A stretch of 64,000 bases of DNA from Massalongia carnosa (taxonomy: Eukaryota). The position numbers and the translations under genes were made by a program. Location of the stretch: positions 2,604,001-2,668,000 of the forward strand of contig OZ287072.1 in the NCBI GenBank assembly GCA_965645245.1. Direction: 5' to 3'. How positions within the stretch are numbered: position 1 is the first letter of the stretch; every line of letters begins with the position of its first letter. Below the pieces are notes generated by a model. It was not told the DNA's origin and ran no database searches. It saw only the letters and a list, made by a program, of their open reading frames with translations. Shown one piece after another: positions 24,084-36,995 of this stretch.

Positions 24084-24276
24084 GAATCCCATTGAGAATC
24101 TCTGGCGTATTATCAAAATACGGGTCAGTGCCCGTCGTCACCAAATCCATACAATTGAGGCCATGGAGCAGGCTATTCGGGAGGAATGGGAGCTGTTGAC
24201 TGAGGAGGACTTCAGACGGTGCATTGAGAGCATGCCTGAGCGTATTTGCTTTCTTATTAAGGCTAAAGGGGGTTCT

Positions 24277-27200
24277 TGTGGGTTTACCCCAACTCGTGGC
24301 ACCAGACGTATGACTACGTCAGTGCTTGAGTTGGATGGTAAAGTTGTTCTATTAGCTAGTAGCGAGCGTGGGCTATATAGGCGTGTGCCCCTTTTCGGGG
24401 TCACGTGGCTGACTAGGCGTCCCGTGCCTAACAGTGACGAAGGCCTTAATAGCCTCTAGTCGTGCCCACAGCCCGTTCTATCTACTAGTGCTACTAACAC
24501 TGGAACCACTTAGAAAAACGAAATAAACCCCCTCTATGCCTCGATGCCGGGTTGCATCTATGCCTGCTGTCCCCCTACGCCCGGCTTTGCTTGCCTGTGT
24601 GAGGCCTCATATAGCGTCTCACTCAACCCAACTCGCAACTGACATAGCGCGGCCTCAGGTTCATTGAACATCATCACCCTGCCATTTTATCGCCGCCCTA
24701 CAGCCTGATGCTCGTTCTACCCACTCGGTCGTATCTAGGTTGATGCGATTAGTATCAATCACCGTTTTGAGGGCCGAGGATGCCTTTGTCTTGGTCATGG
24801 AGTCGGCGGGGTTGTTGTGGCCATGAATCCATTTCACCTCGGTCACCTCACGTCTCTCGTATGACTGACGGAGACTCATGACATCAATCATTAAGCGTTT
24901 CTCTTGGGTCGTCCCGAGTTTTACTAAGCAGTCATATAGCGATTTTGAATCCGTGCAGAGAATCAGTGGAATGTCGGTTCCGAGAAGTTTGCTAAGGGTT
25001 GCCTTTATGACGGCCCCGATATCGAACCCATGTGCCATGCCATATAGCTCGGCGGCCAAGACACTCCGCGTCACCCTTTTACACTTAATTGATGACCAAT
25101 GAATGACGTTGGCTTTGTCAGTCGAGTCAGCAAGGCATATGACATAACCGATTTGTGATGAGAGGTCTCGGTTGTTGGCAAAGGATGAATCGGTGAAAAC
25201 GACCAACTGAAGGCTGTTTCGATCGAGTTTGACGTATTTCAGCCCTCGGGATTGATTGTCTATTTGCCACTTAAGTCGCTTGTTTAGGGCATTGATATCA
25301 TCTGAGGAGAACTTTGTTGACTGAGCGGCATAAGATAGATCGAAAGAGGCCTCGGGCTGACAGATGGAAGCTGTGTATGCACCTCTAGCTCGTTGGGCCA
25401 CATATTGCTCTATCGAAGACAACTTTTCTCGAACGATGCCTCGCGAGCTAGTTGTCGAGGCGTCATGATTCTTAACCAGCGAGATGCCTCCAACACGAGT
25501 TTCCTGGCTCAACATGATGTCTCTGCTCGGGGCGAGTCGGATCATGGTGCCATTGAACTTGATTGGGGTTTCGAGGATGAGATGAGTGCGCTCTTTAGTC
25601 ATGATCTTAGCCTTCTTGATAGCATCTTCTTCTTCGGCCGAAAAGGTGTCGCTTGCTAGCATAAGGGTGTCGTCAGTTTGTAGGCCAACGATGCCAAAAG
25701 GCTCGGATTTGTAGAGTAGGCATGGATCGTAGGTTGACTCGGTCATGCCGAGTTTTCTAGTATGATGGGCATGATACGTGGCGAACCAATGATTGCCTGC
25801 TTCCGGGACGCCATAGAGAGGTTTTATGACTTTTAGGATGCAGTTGGATGGAGCTCCCATCATCGCGGTGAGTTCATGAGGCGGGCGGATGTAAAAGTCA
25901 CGATTCAACTCGGAATTTGATTGAACGTATGCCCGAGTGACGTCGCGAAGGTATAGCTTTGTTGACTCATTTTGAAATGTTGCTGTGAGGCAGATGATAA
26001 GACGTTGACTGACTCGTTGAATTGTCGGTGACTGTGTCAGAACGAGGTCTTTATTGAGGTCATTGTAGGCCTGTACGACCAGACGTGATTTCTCGAAAGC
26101 CTTATCGGTGCCAGGATTCTTTATTTCGTCAACAAACCTCGAGTTGAAAACGCGTGCGTCATCTGGAACGTCTTCAAAATTTACGAGTTTGAATACACCT
26201 TTTTCTAGAAGTCCGGCGACTTCCTTTTGCCTCGATGAGGTGAATTGGGGTAATTTCGAGATGTCGTCATCATTATCTTCAGGAGTATCGATGACGAAGC
26301 AGATGTTGGAAGGCGTAGTGAAATTGACATGTTCGGGATGCTTTCTGGGTCTTCCACGGCCACGTTTGACTGGTGCTGATGGTGCTGATGAAGGTGAGGC
26401 AGTCGGGGCAATGATTCCCGAGACGAGGGGATTCGTAGGAGGGGTGTCTCTTGCATCGATCGAGGGAACATGTCCCGAGGTGCGAGGGTTAATAGATGAG
26501 GCATCTCCTGTACCATCATCTATACGTCCTGCACCAACGTCGGCGTCTCCTGCGCTTTCGTCATCTTTTTCATCTTTATTTGTATCCTTCATGCCATCAG
26601 CAGCAAGGTCGTAGTACGGTTTCAACGAGGTGGAACGGAATTTGGTGGGTCTGCTCGACAGCTCGATGATAGCCGACTCGCCTTGTAGGCTGAGAAGTTT
26701 GTATGGTCCCTTCCACGTCCCTGATCGACCTGCATTGCCTTCTCGGAATACTAGCACCGGCGAATTGATGGGCAAGTCGTGAATCAAGGTGGTGGACGGG
26801 CCGTTTCGAGTGTTCAATGCATCATTAACCTGACGAGATGCATGCAGCTTGCGTACCTCCTCCATAGCCTTTCTCATGGCTATCGTGCGTTGGGTGATTG
26901 TAGGCGAGGGAGCATCCATTTCAGTCATTCTCGGGTAGGCACCGAACACAAGCAACGTCGGAACTAGACCATTCGGTCCTACCGAGTCGTTGAGTGCCTT
27001 GAATGCCATTTGTAGGGCCAACTCGGGCTCGATTCCGGGAATTTCGGCAGTTATGATGCTATATGCTCGACGAAGTGGTCCATGATAGCGTTCAACTAGA
27101 CCGATGGAGTGATGCGCTTCGACGGGGACGTTTTTGACAATGATTCCCATGTTTGCAGCATATTGTCGGAATTCCCTGGCCATGAACTGTTTGCCTGCAT

Positions 27201-30152
27201 CGGCCGAGATGAGGTCGGGGGGGCCGAGATAGGTATCGATCCAACATGCCCGTAGCTGATCCCATACATGTCTGGCCGAAATGTCCTTCAGCCACCGTCC
27301 TGCTTGAAATCGAGTTGCCTCGTCGACTAACTGCAGCACCGCCTTGCCTTCTATGTAAAGAATATCGACGACAATGTGGTAATTAAACTCGACGTCATCT
27401 TTTATGGTAAAACCGAACCTGCCTGGCGACTTTCCGTGCTTCTGACAATGGTGGCAATATTTAACGAGGTATTCTAGGGCTCGAAGGTCGACATCATGAC
27501 CTGATCGCTCGAGAATCCGATGTAGGCGCGAGACTGATGGGTGCCCGAAGCGACGATGTAGTCGGCGGAGCTCGGTGGTAGTTAAGAAGCATGGATTTTC
27601 CGAGAATGATTCAATCGCGAGGGCATATGCGGATGTGCACCATAAAAGAAACGCATGACCATACCGGCGAATCACAGGATGAGTATGTTGGGCCTGAACA
27701 ACTTGATTGGTTAGGTTATTGAAGAAGGCACCTAGCTTGTCCATGTCGGCGAGGCAGAGGAGAAACGGCGTATTGACTCGTACGATATGAAAGACGATTC
27801 TTCCTATGGGGGTATTCAGGTTGACCGTGCCGATTGAAGACGTACTACCGATGCCAAAGACGAAATTTGCTGACCCAGCCGTTGTCTCGTCGAGTTTTAT
27901 CGAGATGATCTTCTGCAAGGCCTTTAGCTGCCCAATGCCACCGGTTGACCGAGTTGCAGCACCGGAATCGATCAGTAGCCCTTTAAACTCGGACTCGTCG
28001 TAGCGAGTGTCGGTTGACGTGATAAAACTGTAGGGCACTGAGACGGGGGCGATGGTATTGTCTGACCAAGTTATGCGATGTTCGAAGGCCTTATTGGTCA
28101 GCATGTTGATCGCATTAATAGACTCAACTGCATGAAGGGTGCCAATCGAGGTATGAAACATCTCGGTAGCGACCTCTGCATCAAGAGAAGGGTCTTTTGC
28201 CTCGATGGACAGGTCTCCGAAAAAGTGAGCTATTTCGTCTTCATCTTCATCATCGCCCTCATAATTAGCGATGTATTGACGAAGATTGCGTTCATAGCCT
28301 GAGCGATTTTTGTACTTGGGATGCCTATCTCCCCAGCGCTTCTTGGAGTCCTCCTGTTCTTTCGATGAGTGGTTCGTTGACCAGCATCCTTCTTCATCGC
28401 ATACGAAGCAGCGTTTTTGACGCATTGGGCCACGAGACGGGTTTCGAGACTGGTTTCGAGATGAATAACTTGATCGGTTGAAACGTTGTCCGCCGCGAGA
28501 GCGAGGGTTGAAACCGCCTCGGCGATACTGCCGATCGGTGAAGAAAGACTCCACATCGTCCTCATTCTCGCCTAGATAGCTCCCCTGCGCGGACTTATGC
28601 ACCGCTTCATAATTGACGATTGAGGCATAGAGGTTATTGACCAATCCTGGTGTGTCCTGTGGTGGATTTGTTAAACCGGCCGCGAGTGCTGGGTGACCCC
28701 TACAGGCCCGAATGATGTTTTCTCGCAGATGAATTGACCCGTGATATGCCGTGTTGATGCCTCGTTGTATCGTGTCCAGCTCGGTGCATAGCTTTCTGAG
28801 ACACTCGGTTGTCGACAGCGAGGGGTTGGCCGAGATAACATCGTTCAGGGAGATGGTTTGCCACTTTGCCAGATTGTAGCGTTCCCACTCGGGCCCTTCA
28901 AAGAATGTCCTCATGTTTTGACAGAAATCATCAAACGACGCGGCGGAACCTCGATTTGCATAGTAATGAGTCAATGCCTGACCAGAAAGCATAATCGAGG
29001 CTCCATGAATGAACGCGATATGAGGTAGTCCGACTCGCCTGCATTTGTCGAGGAATATGGTGAGTTTGAAACCGAAGTTGTCGCCCGTGCCACTAAACTT
29101 GTCGTTATCCTTGTAGATTTTCTCTAGCAGAGTCAATTCCTTGGCGTATTGATTGGTCGAGTTCTCCTGAAATTGATGATGAGGCGTTTGATGCGATGAT
29201 TGACTCGGAGGTAGTTGTTGCGAGATCTGCTGAGTAAATTGTGGGGACTGCGACGCGAGGGGTGCCTGAGGTATGTACGGATTTGGTGATGCAGACTGAT
29301 GCAATGGGGTCTGGAGTCTGGTATCCTGGTACGATTGTGTTCTCGGATCCGCAGATAGACCTCGCGAGTTTGCAGCGATGAGATTTAGGTTATCTAACTC
29401 GATGATGCTCATGAGTTCTCGCTTTCGGTCGAGGGTTTTCTCGGATAGATGTTTATATCGTCCTTGAACCCATTTAATTTGTTCGAGAGTCCAGTCCAGT
29501 TCCCATTCCGTGTTGATAGCCTTTCTCATGAAGGATGCGCGAGTCCTGCCGGGCCCGTAGTTGTGATCGATCCAAATGCCGTGTTGATAGCAGTAGGCCT
29601 TTACGAGTTCCCAGGTGTCTCGATCGAATTTGTTGAAATGCTCCTCTTTGAAGTGCTCGAAGTTTCCCTGGACGATATTCCATAGATAGTAGTCCTCGTA
29701 GTCATTGTCTGCGTATCTTTGGAAGTGATATTTAACATATTTCTTGATTGTCTCGGCATCGGCCGTCTCCGGATCGATGCCGTTGGGAAAGGGATTTGTT
29801 GACTCGGTTGACTCGATCGCGTTTTCGGCGCTCGGAGCAACGCTCGGAGAACCTGCCATCATCAGCGATAGCGAGGTTTTCAGGTTTTAATGATTGGGGT
29901 ATTCTGATCTGAATAGCTAAACTGATCAGTGTGGGTTTACCCCAACTCGTGGCACCAGACGTATGACTACGTCAGTGCTTGAGCTGGATGGTAAAGTTGT
30001 TCTATTAGCTAGTAGCGAGCGTGGGCTATATAGGCGTGTGCCCCTTTTCGGGGTCACGTGGCTGACTAGGCGTCCCGTGCCTAACAGTGACGAAGGCCTT
30101 AATAGCCTCTAGTCGTGCCCACAGCCCGTTCTATCTACTAGTGCTACTAACA
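24277..30152 (-). mobile_element. Full-length Ty1/Copia LTR retrotransposon, probably GalEa clade
   Basis: 223-bp LTRs 24277-24499 and 29930-30152 (TG..CA; one mismatch seen), TSD GTTCT; no tRNA PBS but a hairpin next to the 5' LTR. Confidence 0.93.
24661..29862 (-). CDS. Copia gag-pol polyprotein, 1733 aa, intact (Gag-PR-INT-RT-RNase H)
   Basis: CFVC knuckle, LIDSGAA protease, HRRFGH..CHHC integrase zinc finger, [42 protein letters not shown] RNase H. Confidence 0.95.
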   Translation of the reverse strand: MMAGSPSVAPSAENAIESTESTNPFPNGIDPETADAETIKKYVKYHFQRYADNDYEDYYLWNIVQGNFEHFKEEHFNKFDRDTWELVKAYCYQHGIWIDHNYGPGRTRASFMRKAINTEWELDWTLEQIKWVQGRYKHLSEKTLDRKRELMSIIELDNLNLIAANSRGLSADPRTQSYQDTRLQTPLHQSASPNPYIPQAPLASQSPQFTQQISQQLPPSQSSHQTPHHQFQENSTNQYAKELTLLEKIYKDNDKFSGTGDNFGFKLTIFLDKCRRVGLPHIAFIHGASIMLSGQALTHYYANRGSAASFDDFCQNMRTFFEGPEWERYNLAKWQTISLNDVISANPSLSTTECLRKLCTELDTIQRGINTAYHGSIHLRENIIRACRGHPALAAGLTNPPQDTPGLVNNLYASIVNYEAVHKSAQGSYLGENEDDVESFFTDRQYRRGGFNPRSRGGQRFNRSSYSSRNQSRNPSRGPMRQKRCFVCDEEGCWSTNHSSKEQEDSKKRWGDRHPKYKNRSGYERNLRQYIANYEGDDEDEDEIAHFFGDLSIEAKDPSLDAEVATEMFHTSIGTLHAVESINAINMLTNKAFEHRITWSDNTIAPVSVPYSFITSTDTRYDESEFKGLLIDSGAATRSTGGIGQLKALQKIISIKLDETTAGSANFVFGIGSTSSIGTVNLNTPIGRIVFHIVRVNTPFLLCLADMDKLGAFFNNLTNQVVQAQHTHPVIRRYGHAFLLWCTSAYALAIESFSENPCFLTTTELRRLHRRFGHPSVSRLHRILERSGHDVDLRALEYLVKYCHHCQKHGKSPGRFGFTIKDDVEFNYHIVVDILYIEGKAVLQLVDEATRFQAGRWLKDISARHVWDQLRACWIDTYLGPPDLISADAGKQFMAREFRQYAANMGIIVKNVPVEAHHSIGLVERYHGPLRRAYSIITAEIPGIEPELALQMAFKALNDSVGPNGLVPTLLVFGAYPRMTEMDAPSPTITQRTIAMRKAMEEVRKLHASRQVNDALNTRNGPSTTLIHDLPINSPVLVFREGNAGRSGTWKGPYKLLSLQGESAIIELSSRPTKFRSTSLKPYYDLAADGMKDTNKDEKDDESAGDADVGAGRIDDGTGDASSINPRTSGHVPSIDARDTPPTNPLVSGIIAPTASPSSAPSAPVKRGRGRPRKHPEHVNFTTPSNICFVIDTPEDNDDDISKLPQFTSSRQKEVAGLLEKGVFKLVNFEDVPDDARVFNSRFVDEIKNPGTDKAFEKSRLVVQAYNDLNKDLVLTQSPTIQRVSQRLIICLTATFQNESTKLYLRDVTRAYVQSNSELNRDFYIRPPHELTAMMGAPSNCILKVIKPLYGVPEAGNHWFATYHAHHTRKLGMTESTYDPCLLYKSEPFGIVGLQTDDTLMLASDTFSAEEEDAIKKAKIMTKERTHLILETPIKFNGTMIRLAPSRDIMLSQETRVGGISLVKNHDASTTSSRGIVREKLSSIEQYVAQRARGAYTASICQPEASFDLSYAAQSTKFSSDDINALNKRLKWQIDNQSRGLKYVKLDRNSLQLVVFTDSSFANNRDLSSQIGYVICLADSTDKANVIHWSSIKCKRVTRSVLAAELYGMAHGFDIGAVIKATLSKLLGTDIPLILCTDSKSLYDCLVKLGTTQEKRLMIDVMSLRQSYERREVTEVKWIHGHNNPADSMTKTKASSALKTVIDTNRINLDTTEWVERASGCRAAIKWQGDDVQ

Positions 30153-30859
30153 GTTCTATTAAATACTGATAACTTAATCTTCTTCAGCATACAGTATTTG
30201 ACGAAATATGTAGGTTTCAAAGCATCAAGTTGGAAATTGATTGATTGGGGTGATTTTCATCATTAGGGGTGAGGGGTAAAATGGGGGTGGAACGTGCGCT
30301 GTTCGGTCACTTCCTAGACCCGACTGTACGCACCCTGGATGAGTAGTAAAATGGCTGTTTACTAGTAAAGATTTACACAGGGGGGACGGTCGGGGGGGGA
30401 CTGTCCCTAAGCATCTCGTTGGAAGGAGGGGTAGGACTTGATTGTTGGCGCGTACAAGTCATGCATCGTCGACTAATCCCTATCTTCGACAACAAGTGAT
30501 GATCATAAACTGTGCTCTGCCAAGAAGATGCCGTGGGGCGCGTAACTGGTCGCTAATTTAGCATCACACATCTTGCCAACACTTTCTCGCCTCGGCCACA
30601 CCATCTTCTGTTGACAACCATCTGTCTTATTTCAAGCTAGCGGCTCCATAAACCTATCTCTTATTCTCTTCTTCCAAATCCACATGACTCGCGGTCAAGC
30701 AAAGTCAGACGTCAGGAAAAGCGGGCATACCCGTGGTTCATGTTCAGTGTGCTTGAGTTGACCATCATTAGGAAAGCGGCTTCAAGATATCAAGACGCAC
30801 GCTTACGAGCAATCCGTGTTCAAGGACAAGCACATTCAGTAAACACATCCACTTCCTCT

Positions 30860-31168
30860 CTTTTAGCGAACTATGCCTTCTGTGAAGAGGCATGTCCTGT
30901 GGTCATCCCCCCATACTGTGCCACGAAGGCTGACTCGAATCAAAGTTCCCACAAGATTCATCGACCTTGCAGCAATTCAGGCATTTAGGGTTAGCGATAG
31001 GGATGAGGATCGTTACATTACCTTGGGCCTAGGAGGTGGCCGAAAGGTTGTTGTCTTCCGTCAGAGACTCCGTATTAAACTGCTATGGGAGCAGCCGCAT
31101 AATCACCATCCAACATCATCCCATCTGCAAGCGCCGACCTTTTTTGGCGTCGATAAAGTTGCCGTGAG
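30860..31168 (+). pseudogene. Possible HET-domain gene relic interrupted by Copia
   Basis: VPTRFIDL...RYITL resembles the PTRLID..Y.ALS lead-in of HET domains; very decayed. Confidence 0.3.
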
Positions 31169-34100
31169 TGTCAAACCTGAATGTGGTCGATTCTCATCGC
31201 CGATCCTCGACCCCCTGTCGCGGCAGATGCCGCTAAGCTACGCCATTTCTTCCACACCTTTACCCCTCAATTTGCCGGGGTTGATATCGTTGCTGCCATG
31301 ACCCCTTTTCCTTTCTATATAGGTAGCTAGATGTGGGCATTTCCCACATACAGAAGACAGCCTTTTTCATCCTTCCTGAATTCATGTGAAAGGTTGACAG
31401 TTATGAGCCCGGGTTAGCTGAATTTTTCGCTGCCTCCGTCTTAACTTTAGTTATTGGTAAGCTGATTTATCGCTGCCTTTATCGACCCCGAAATATCCTA
31501 GGCAGGCTGAGTATCGCCGCCGGAATTATCGTATCTCTCATGGAGCATCGCAGAGTTGATTTATTCCTCGTGCTTCTGTTTTCCTTTGCCTTTTTGGTCG
31601 TTTCCCTGTTTTTCCCATCTGTCTCCATCTTTGGTCGGTTATCCCAAATGGAAGACTACTCGTCGGGATCGTCTCGGAAACTCATCGTCTCGGCTCTGAC
31701 GCCTAGGACCTACAATTCCTGGTTGTCGGAAATCAAGGGTATCGCAGTACGATCTCAGGTATGGGAGTACGTCGATCCGGAAGGATCAGAATCGGAACCT
31801 ACCATTCCCAAATTTCCCAAATTCAGTGATTACGTCAAAGTCGTCCCGGTTAATACGCCTGGCACTGACTCTACCAATATCCCTACGCCTGCTATTGTCG
31901 CTTCTCAAGGTTCTTCTCAAGGGACAGTTCTCGGCGATTTAAATGGCCCGCCGGTCCTGATTCCCGAACCATGTTCTCGGTATGCCGATCTCTCGGAATC
32001 ACAGAAGGAGTCGTACAATGCAGATGAACGGTCACATCGAGGGCTTCAGGCAGATGCCAGGGCCGCAGCCATGGGAATTGAGAAGGTTCATACGGTCATC
32101 CTAGAGTCGGCTAAAGATTATGTCGCCAGGAATGTCAGATCATCCTCGGTTCGAGAAATTCTTCAGTCCCTGGCCCATAAATTCAAAAAGAGTCCGGACG
32201 AAGTTCAAAGGCAGATCGATCGCCAATACGACGAGTTGAGAAATTCTCACCCGGTGAAAGGGAAGATCGAATCTTGGATCTGCCAATGGGAAACGCTGAG
32301 GGAAGAAATCGTTGCTTTGAAAGTTGAACCCATCTATAGTGAGTATATCTACACTCAGCACTTTCTGAAAGCCGCTCGGATATGGGCACCATTCTTTTGC
32401 GACACCTGGATCAAGATACGAAATGTATCAGGTCGTCCCCTTAAATTCTTCGAGGCCGCCAATGAGTATCGGACCGAGATAGAAGAAAATGCAATCAGCA
32501 CTGGTCGTCGTCAGCAGCTCTCGGCGAATTCCGCTTCTCTACAAGGACAGTCTTCCGATCGGGGAAATTCCACTTCTGACGATAGCAAGTACAGCAATAA
32601 CGAATGCCTTTGCGGCGAAACTCACTCCTGGAAAAGATGCCCTTATTTGACAGTCGAGTCTAGAAGCTCGGGATGGAAATTCAATAAGGAGATACGCGAC
32701 CACATCCGACAAAAAATCGGGTCCAATTCCAAGCTTTATTGGTATGTCAAACGCGCCGCTACATCCGACATTCTCAACGGCATCTCCGAGCCTGATGAAC
32801 CTTTGAAACCTCGAGGAAGAGGAAGAGGTGGAGGTCGAGGGGGTCGCGGAGATGGAGGTCGTGGCCGAGGCAATGGCAATGCTCCCGCCGAGCTCCCTGT
32901 TGTCGAGAATGCTCCAGTCTCTTTTGGAAATACTATCTCGGATCGCGACAATCTGCTTCATCTCAGCGTCTCCTACGACTCGGGATGCTCCAATCATCTG
33001 ACCTGGGACAAATCCCGTTTTATTGACGAAATCATCCCGGCATACGAGTGGGTCTCGACTCCCGACGGAGATCTCCTTATTGAAGGTTTTGGGACAATGT
33101 TGGTGAATGGGACACTAAAAGGGAAGAATCAGCCTCTGCATTTTCGACACACAGCATACGTTCCCGACTCATCGGTGACTTTGATTTCGGTCAGCAAGCT
33201 GAAAAAGGATGGATTTCTGTGGAACATGCATACGGACACGGTCGAGAAGAAGGGTATTTCAATCTTCGAATTGGAAGAGCATTTCGGTCTCTACACTGCC
33301 GAGTATCGTCCCGTTGGCCACGCTGGTGCTTTCGCAAATTTCGTCGGTTCCCGAGTCTCGGCAGATGCCATCCCAAAAGGCACGCCATGGAAATTTCATC
33401 TCCGCCTAGGACATTGCCAACCGGAAGTCATTAACCAGTTGTCGAATCAGAAGATGATTGAGATTTCAAGAGGTAACAGTGGTCAAGATGCTCCAAAGAC
33501 AGTGAAATGTGAGACGTGCGCATTGTCAAAAATGCATACACTAGTATCAAGGGTCTCGGCTACTAAAGCCACTAAACCATTCCAGCGTCTTCATTTTGAC
33601 CTCATTATTTTGAAAAGGACTGCTTTCGATGGGACCACCTGCGTCGCTCATTTTCAGGATGATTTCACCTCGTTTCATTGGGTCTTCCCCCTGCAAGATC
33701 ATAAGCAGGAGACACTACTTAGGATTGTCAAGCATGTCATAAATCGGTGCGATCGACTCGGAGCCGAATTCGGTCTTTTCGTTCAGACCTTTCGAATGGA
33801 TCAGGAAACGTCGGTTGGAGACGTCATTCAGGACTTCGTCAAGGAACAGGGAATCGCGTTTGAATGGTCCGCAAAGCATACTAAGGAGCAGAATGGGTCG
33901 GCTGAGAGGGCAGGAAGCCTTTTGACTCAGAAGGCTAGATGCATTCGCATCGGCGCCGATTTGCCAGAAGATCTGTATCCCGAGTGCTATCTCGCTGCTG
34001 GACACTTGCTAAATAGGACGCCGACAAAAGGACTAGATTGGAAATCGCCTCACATCTCCCTGCACCGAGCCCTGAAGAAGCCATACAATTCCGAAATTGG

Positions 34101-36995
34101 TCATCTCAAGGTCTTTGGGTGCAAGGCATATCCCCTTTTGAAAGGTAAAGATGCCCCGCCAAAAAGTGAGAAACTAGCCCCTCGAGCATTTGTTGGCTAT
34201 CTGGTCGGATACGATTCTACAAACATTTATCGAGTCTGGAATCCCGAGACCTGGTCGGTCAGCGGATATAGAGATGTTATCTTTGATGAGGATCAAACCT
34301 TCTCCACATACGTCAAAAAGGATCTGATTCCCGAAGAGAAGGTGGCCGAGTTTGTAGAGCTGGAAGTTTTCGATGCTGCTCCCTACATTGTTGATTTGGC
34401 AGAAAATGAGGAGCAATGGCTGGCGACATCTGTGCGCAATCGGTCATTTGCTGATCCTTCTTCGTCGGTTGAAAATTCGTCCGCACTGGATGTGCCCGCG
34501 TCGTTGACTGCGAAAGACGTCCCTATCATGCCGAGACATTCACCGAGTCAGCAGCATCTTCCGACTCCCGAGAGCACTCCGCCTCCATCGACTTCAGCAC
34601 CTGCACCTACATCTTCTTCGTCAACATCTCGCGACAAACGGGTGGTAAAAGACAGTCTTCCGAGTAGCATAGATCTACCGACTGATCTGCCAGAAACCGG
34701 CCGGACGCCTCTCGGCATTGCCGAATCTTTTGGCACCGGTCCCAGTAGGAATATCGGATCTGCCAAATTGGATGTCAGCAATATCGTCGAAGGAAAACGA
34801 GTCAGAAAACCGAAGCAGAAATTCGCAAATCTCGCAGCACCTCTCGGCATCAGACCACTCGGCATCGCTTCGGAACCACTAGGGAATACAAACTCGGGAT
34901 TGGATGACGGGATGAAGGAAGTTTATTTGGCATTTGCAGTGACCACTAGGTCGACCAGATTGCATAGGGACAGCCTGCCGCCGCCGCCGAAGCAGTGGCG
35001 AGGTATGCTTCGACATCCCCATGCAGAAGGATTTCGCAAAGCAGCCGAATTTGAATATCAGACTCTTCTCAGAATGGACACCTTCGTCGTCATTCCCAAA
35101 ACTTCCAATCAGAAGCCGCTTCCACTAATGTGGGTATTTACATACAAGTTCGACCCGGATGGCTTTCTAGTAAAATACAAGGCACGCCTGGTAGTCCGAG
35201 GGGATTTGGAAGAAGTCTCGGCGGAAGATGTATACGCCTCTACGCTGGCAATTAAGATCTTCAGGTGCCTCATGGCCCTGACGTCTGCTTTCGGACTCAG
35301 GACAAGGCAGTTTGACGCGATCAATGCCTTCCTAAATGCCAAAGCCGATAGGGTCATCCACGTGTACATGCCAGATGGTTTCGTCATCGAGGGGAAATGC
35401 TTGCTCCTGGTCCGGGCTTTGTACGGGCTTCGAAAATCGCCTCTACTATGGCTACGAGAATTTTCCAAAGCACTCACCTCATTGGACATGCAGCAGATCC
35501 CTGGCGAGCCCTGCCTTTTTACCGACTACTCTGGCATCATCCTCTTTTTCTATGTGGATGACATAGTCATCATCTTTCCGGAAAGTAGAGCTGCAGACGT
35601 AGATCTGCTGATTCAGAAGTTGAATGCTCGATTTGAATTACGCGACATGGGCCAATTGAGCTTCTTTCTCGGTGTACGGATTGTTCGAAATGCTGGCGAC
35701 ATTTATCTTTGTCAAGACTCCTACATGGACAAGTTGGCAATTGAATACGAGATAGACACGTCTAAATCTCCGTCATCCCCGCTACCGTCAGACTTCATCG
35801 CATTCACCTCTGCCTCGGCAGCTAGCCCAGACTCGGACTCGCCTCGGTCAGTCGACCAATCCCTGAGGCAGGAATATCGTAAAAGGTAGGATCGATCTGC
35901 TATCCCGCGAATATCACTCGGCCGGACGTTGCCAAAGCTGCCTCCAAATTGGCAGAGCATCTCACCTGTCCCGGTCTGGAGCATCTAGACGCGGCAAATC
36001 ACTGCCTGCAATATCTACACGCGACTAAGTATCTGGCGATAAAATACTCACCCTCGGGAGGTGGCGAGCTTACCGTGCAGTCTCCGGATGATGATCAGCT
36101 CTCGGCAAAGCATGTCTTCGAAAACACTGCCGATGCCAGCTTTGCAAATAGTCCGAGCGACGCAGCTACGAGGGTTTCACATTCAAGCTGTATGGCGGCA
36201 TGATCGACTGGGCTGCCAGGAAGCAGGCGACCGTCTCAACTTCGACGACAGAGGCAGAATTGCTTGCCCTTCTCCATGCCGGCAAGGCATGCATCTGGTG
36301 GATTAATTTCTTTGGCAAGCTGGGATTCGACTACGACCATTCGGTCAAAATCTACAATGATAACATGCAGACCATCCGCATTCTGACGTCGGAACAGCCC
36401 AAAGTTACCACCAAACTTCTGCATGTAGACATCGCTCAGTTGTGGTTGAGACAGAGCGTTCAATTTGGTCATCTCAATGTGGGTTATCTACAGACCAACC
36501 GGATGACGGCAGATGGTCTCACCAAGCCCTTGCCTCCGCAAAAGCATCGTTCCTTTCTGGAAATGCTAGGCCTTATTGATATCAAGTGTCTGATTTAGGA
36601 ATGGGGCAGGCGGGAGTGAACCGGGCGGAATTCCTCTCGGCGGGCAGAAATTTCTTTTCACTGGCATCTCATTTTGATTTTGCAAGAATTGCACCTTTTT
36701 CTCGAATCGGAATTGCTTCATGTTTTCTTCTTTTGGTCAGGATGCTTCGCATCCTGGGGGGGTGTGTCAAACCTGAATGTGGTCGATTCTCATCGCCGAT
36801 CCTCGACCCCCTGTCGCGGCAGATGCCGCTAAGCTACGCCATTTCTTCCACACCTTTACCCCTCAATTTGCCGGGGTTGATATCGTTGCTGCCATGACCC
36901 CTTTTCCTTTCTATATAGGTAGCTAGATGTGGGCATTTCCCACATACAGAAGACAGCCTTTTTCATCCTTCCTGAATTCATGTGAAAGGTTGACA
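31169..36995 (+). mobile_element. Full-length Ty1/Copia LTR retrotransposon
   Basis: 231-bp LTRs 31169-31399 and 36765-36995 (no difference seen), TSD GTGAG, PBS GTTATGAGCCC (copia-type internal tRNAiMet site), G-run PPT at about 36756-36762. Confidence 0.95.
31648..36598 (+). CDS. Copia gag-pol with two apparent 1-bp deletions near 35884 and 36154
   Basis: CLCGETHSWKRC, YDSGCSNH, HLRLGH..CETC, YKARLVVRG, FYVDD. The RNase H (ADASF, STTEAE, ADGLTK) continues in shifted frames (ORFs 35949-36203, 36200-36598). Likely start MEDYSS at 31648. Confidence 0.85.

Larger units (their letters stand above)
22668..30326 (+). mobile_element. Tc1 (DD34E) element, copy A, inserted in the right TIR of the MULE; transposase (ATG 22777 to TGA 30169) split by two insertions
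   Basis: TA flanks (22666-67, 30327-28); TIRs CAAATCGGGTCTAGGAAGT / revcomp CAGTCGGGTCTAGGAAGT; WTDE, MDDGASYH, SPDLN|PIE; C-terminus GGS|IKY* resumes after the Copia. Confidence 0.93.
21573..30418 (+). mobile_element. Internally deleted Mutator-like element (MULE) hosting nested insertions
   Basis: About 90-100-bp TIRs CGAGATGCTTA.GGACAGTCCCCCCC..CATCCAGGGTGC; 9-bp TSD TTGGAAGGA (21564-21572, 30419-30427); transposase relic ..RLQDYAFIQGFALIT.. near 21980-22030 and tail ORFs 22088-22583. Confidence 0.88.

Noticed and set aside
23637..24084. 448-bp insert as a spliceable intron (GTTGCG..CAACAG)
   Set aside because: That splice leaves 5 extra bases and shifts the frame; later donors lie beyond an in-frame TAA.
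23944..24459. 171-aa ORF (and its twin 61630-61974) as a separate gene
   Set aside because: Chimeric read-through of insert, transposase C-terminus and LTR.
31540..31647. Hydrophobic signal- or envelope-like N-terminal extension on the Copia polyprotein
   Set aside because: Derives from a T-rich leader; the ATG at 31648 is the more plausible start and nothing else supports an env-like role.
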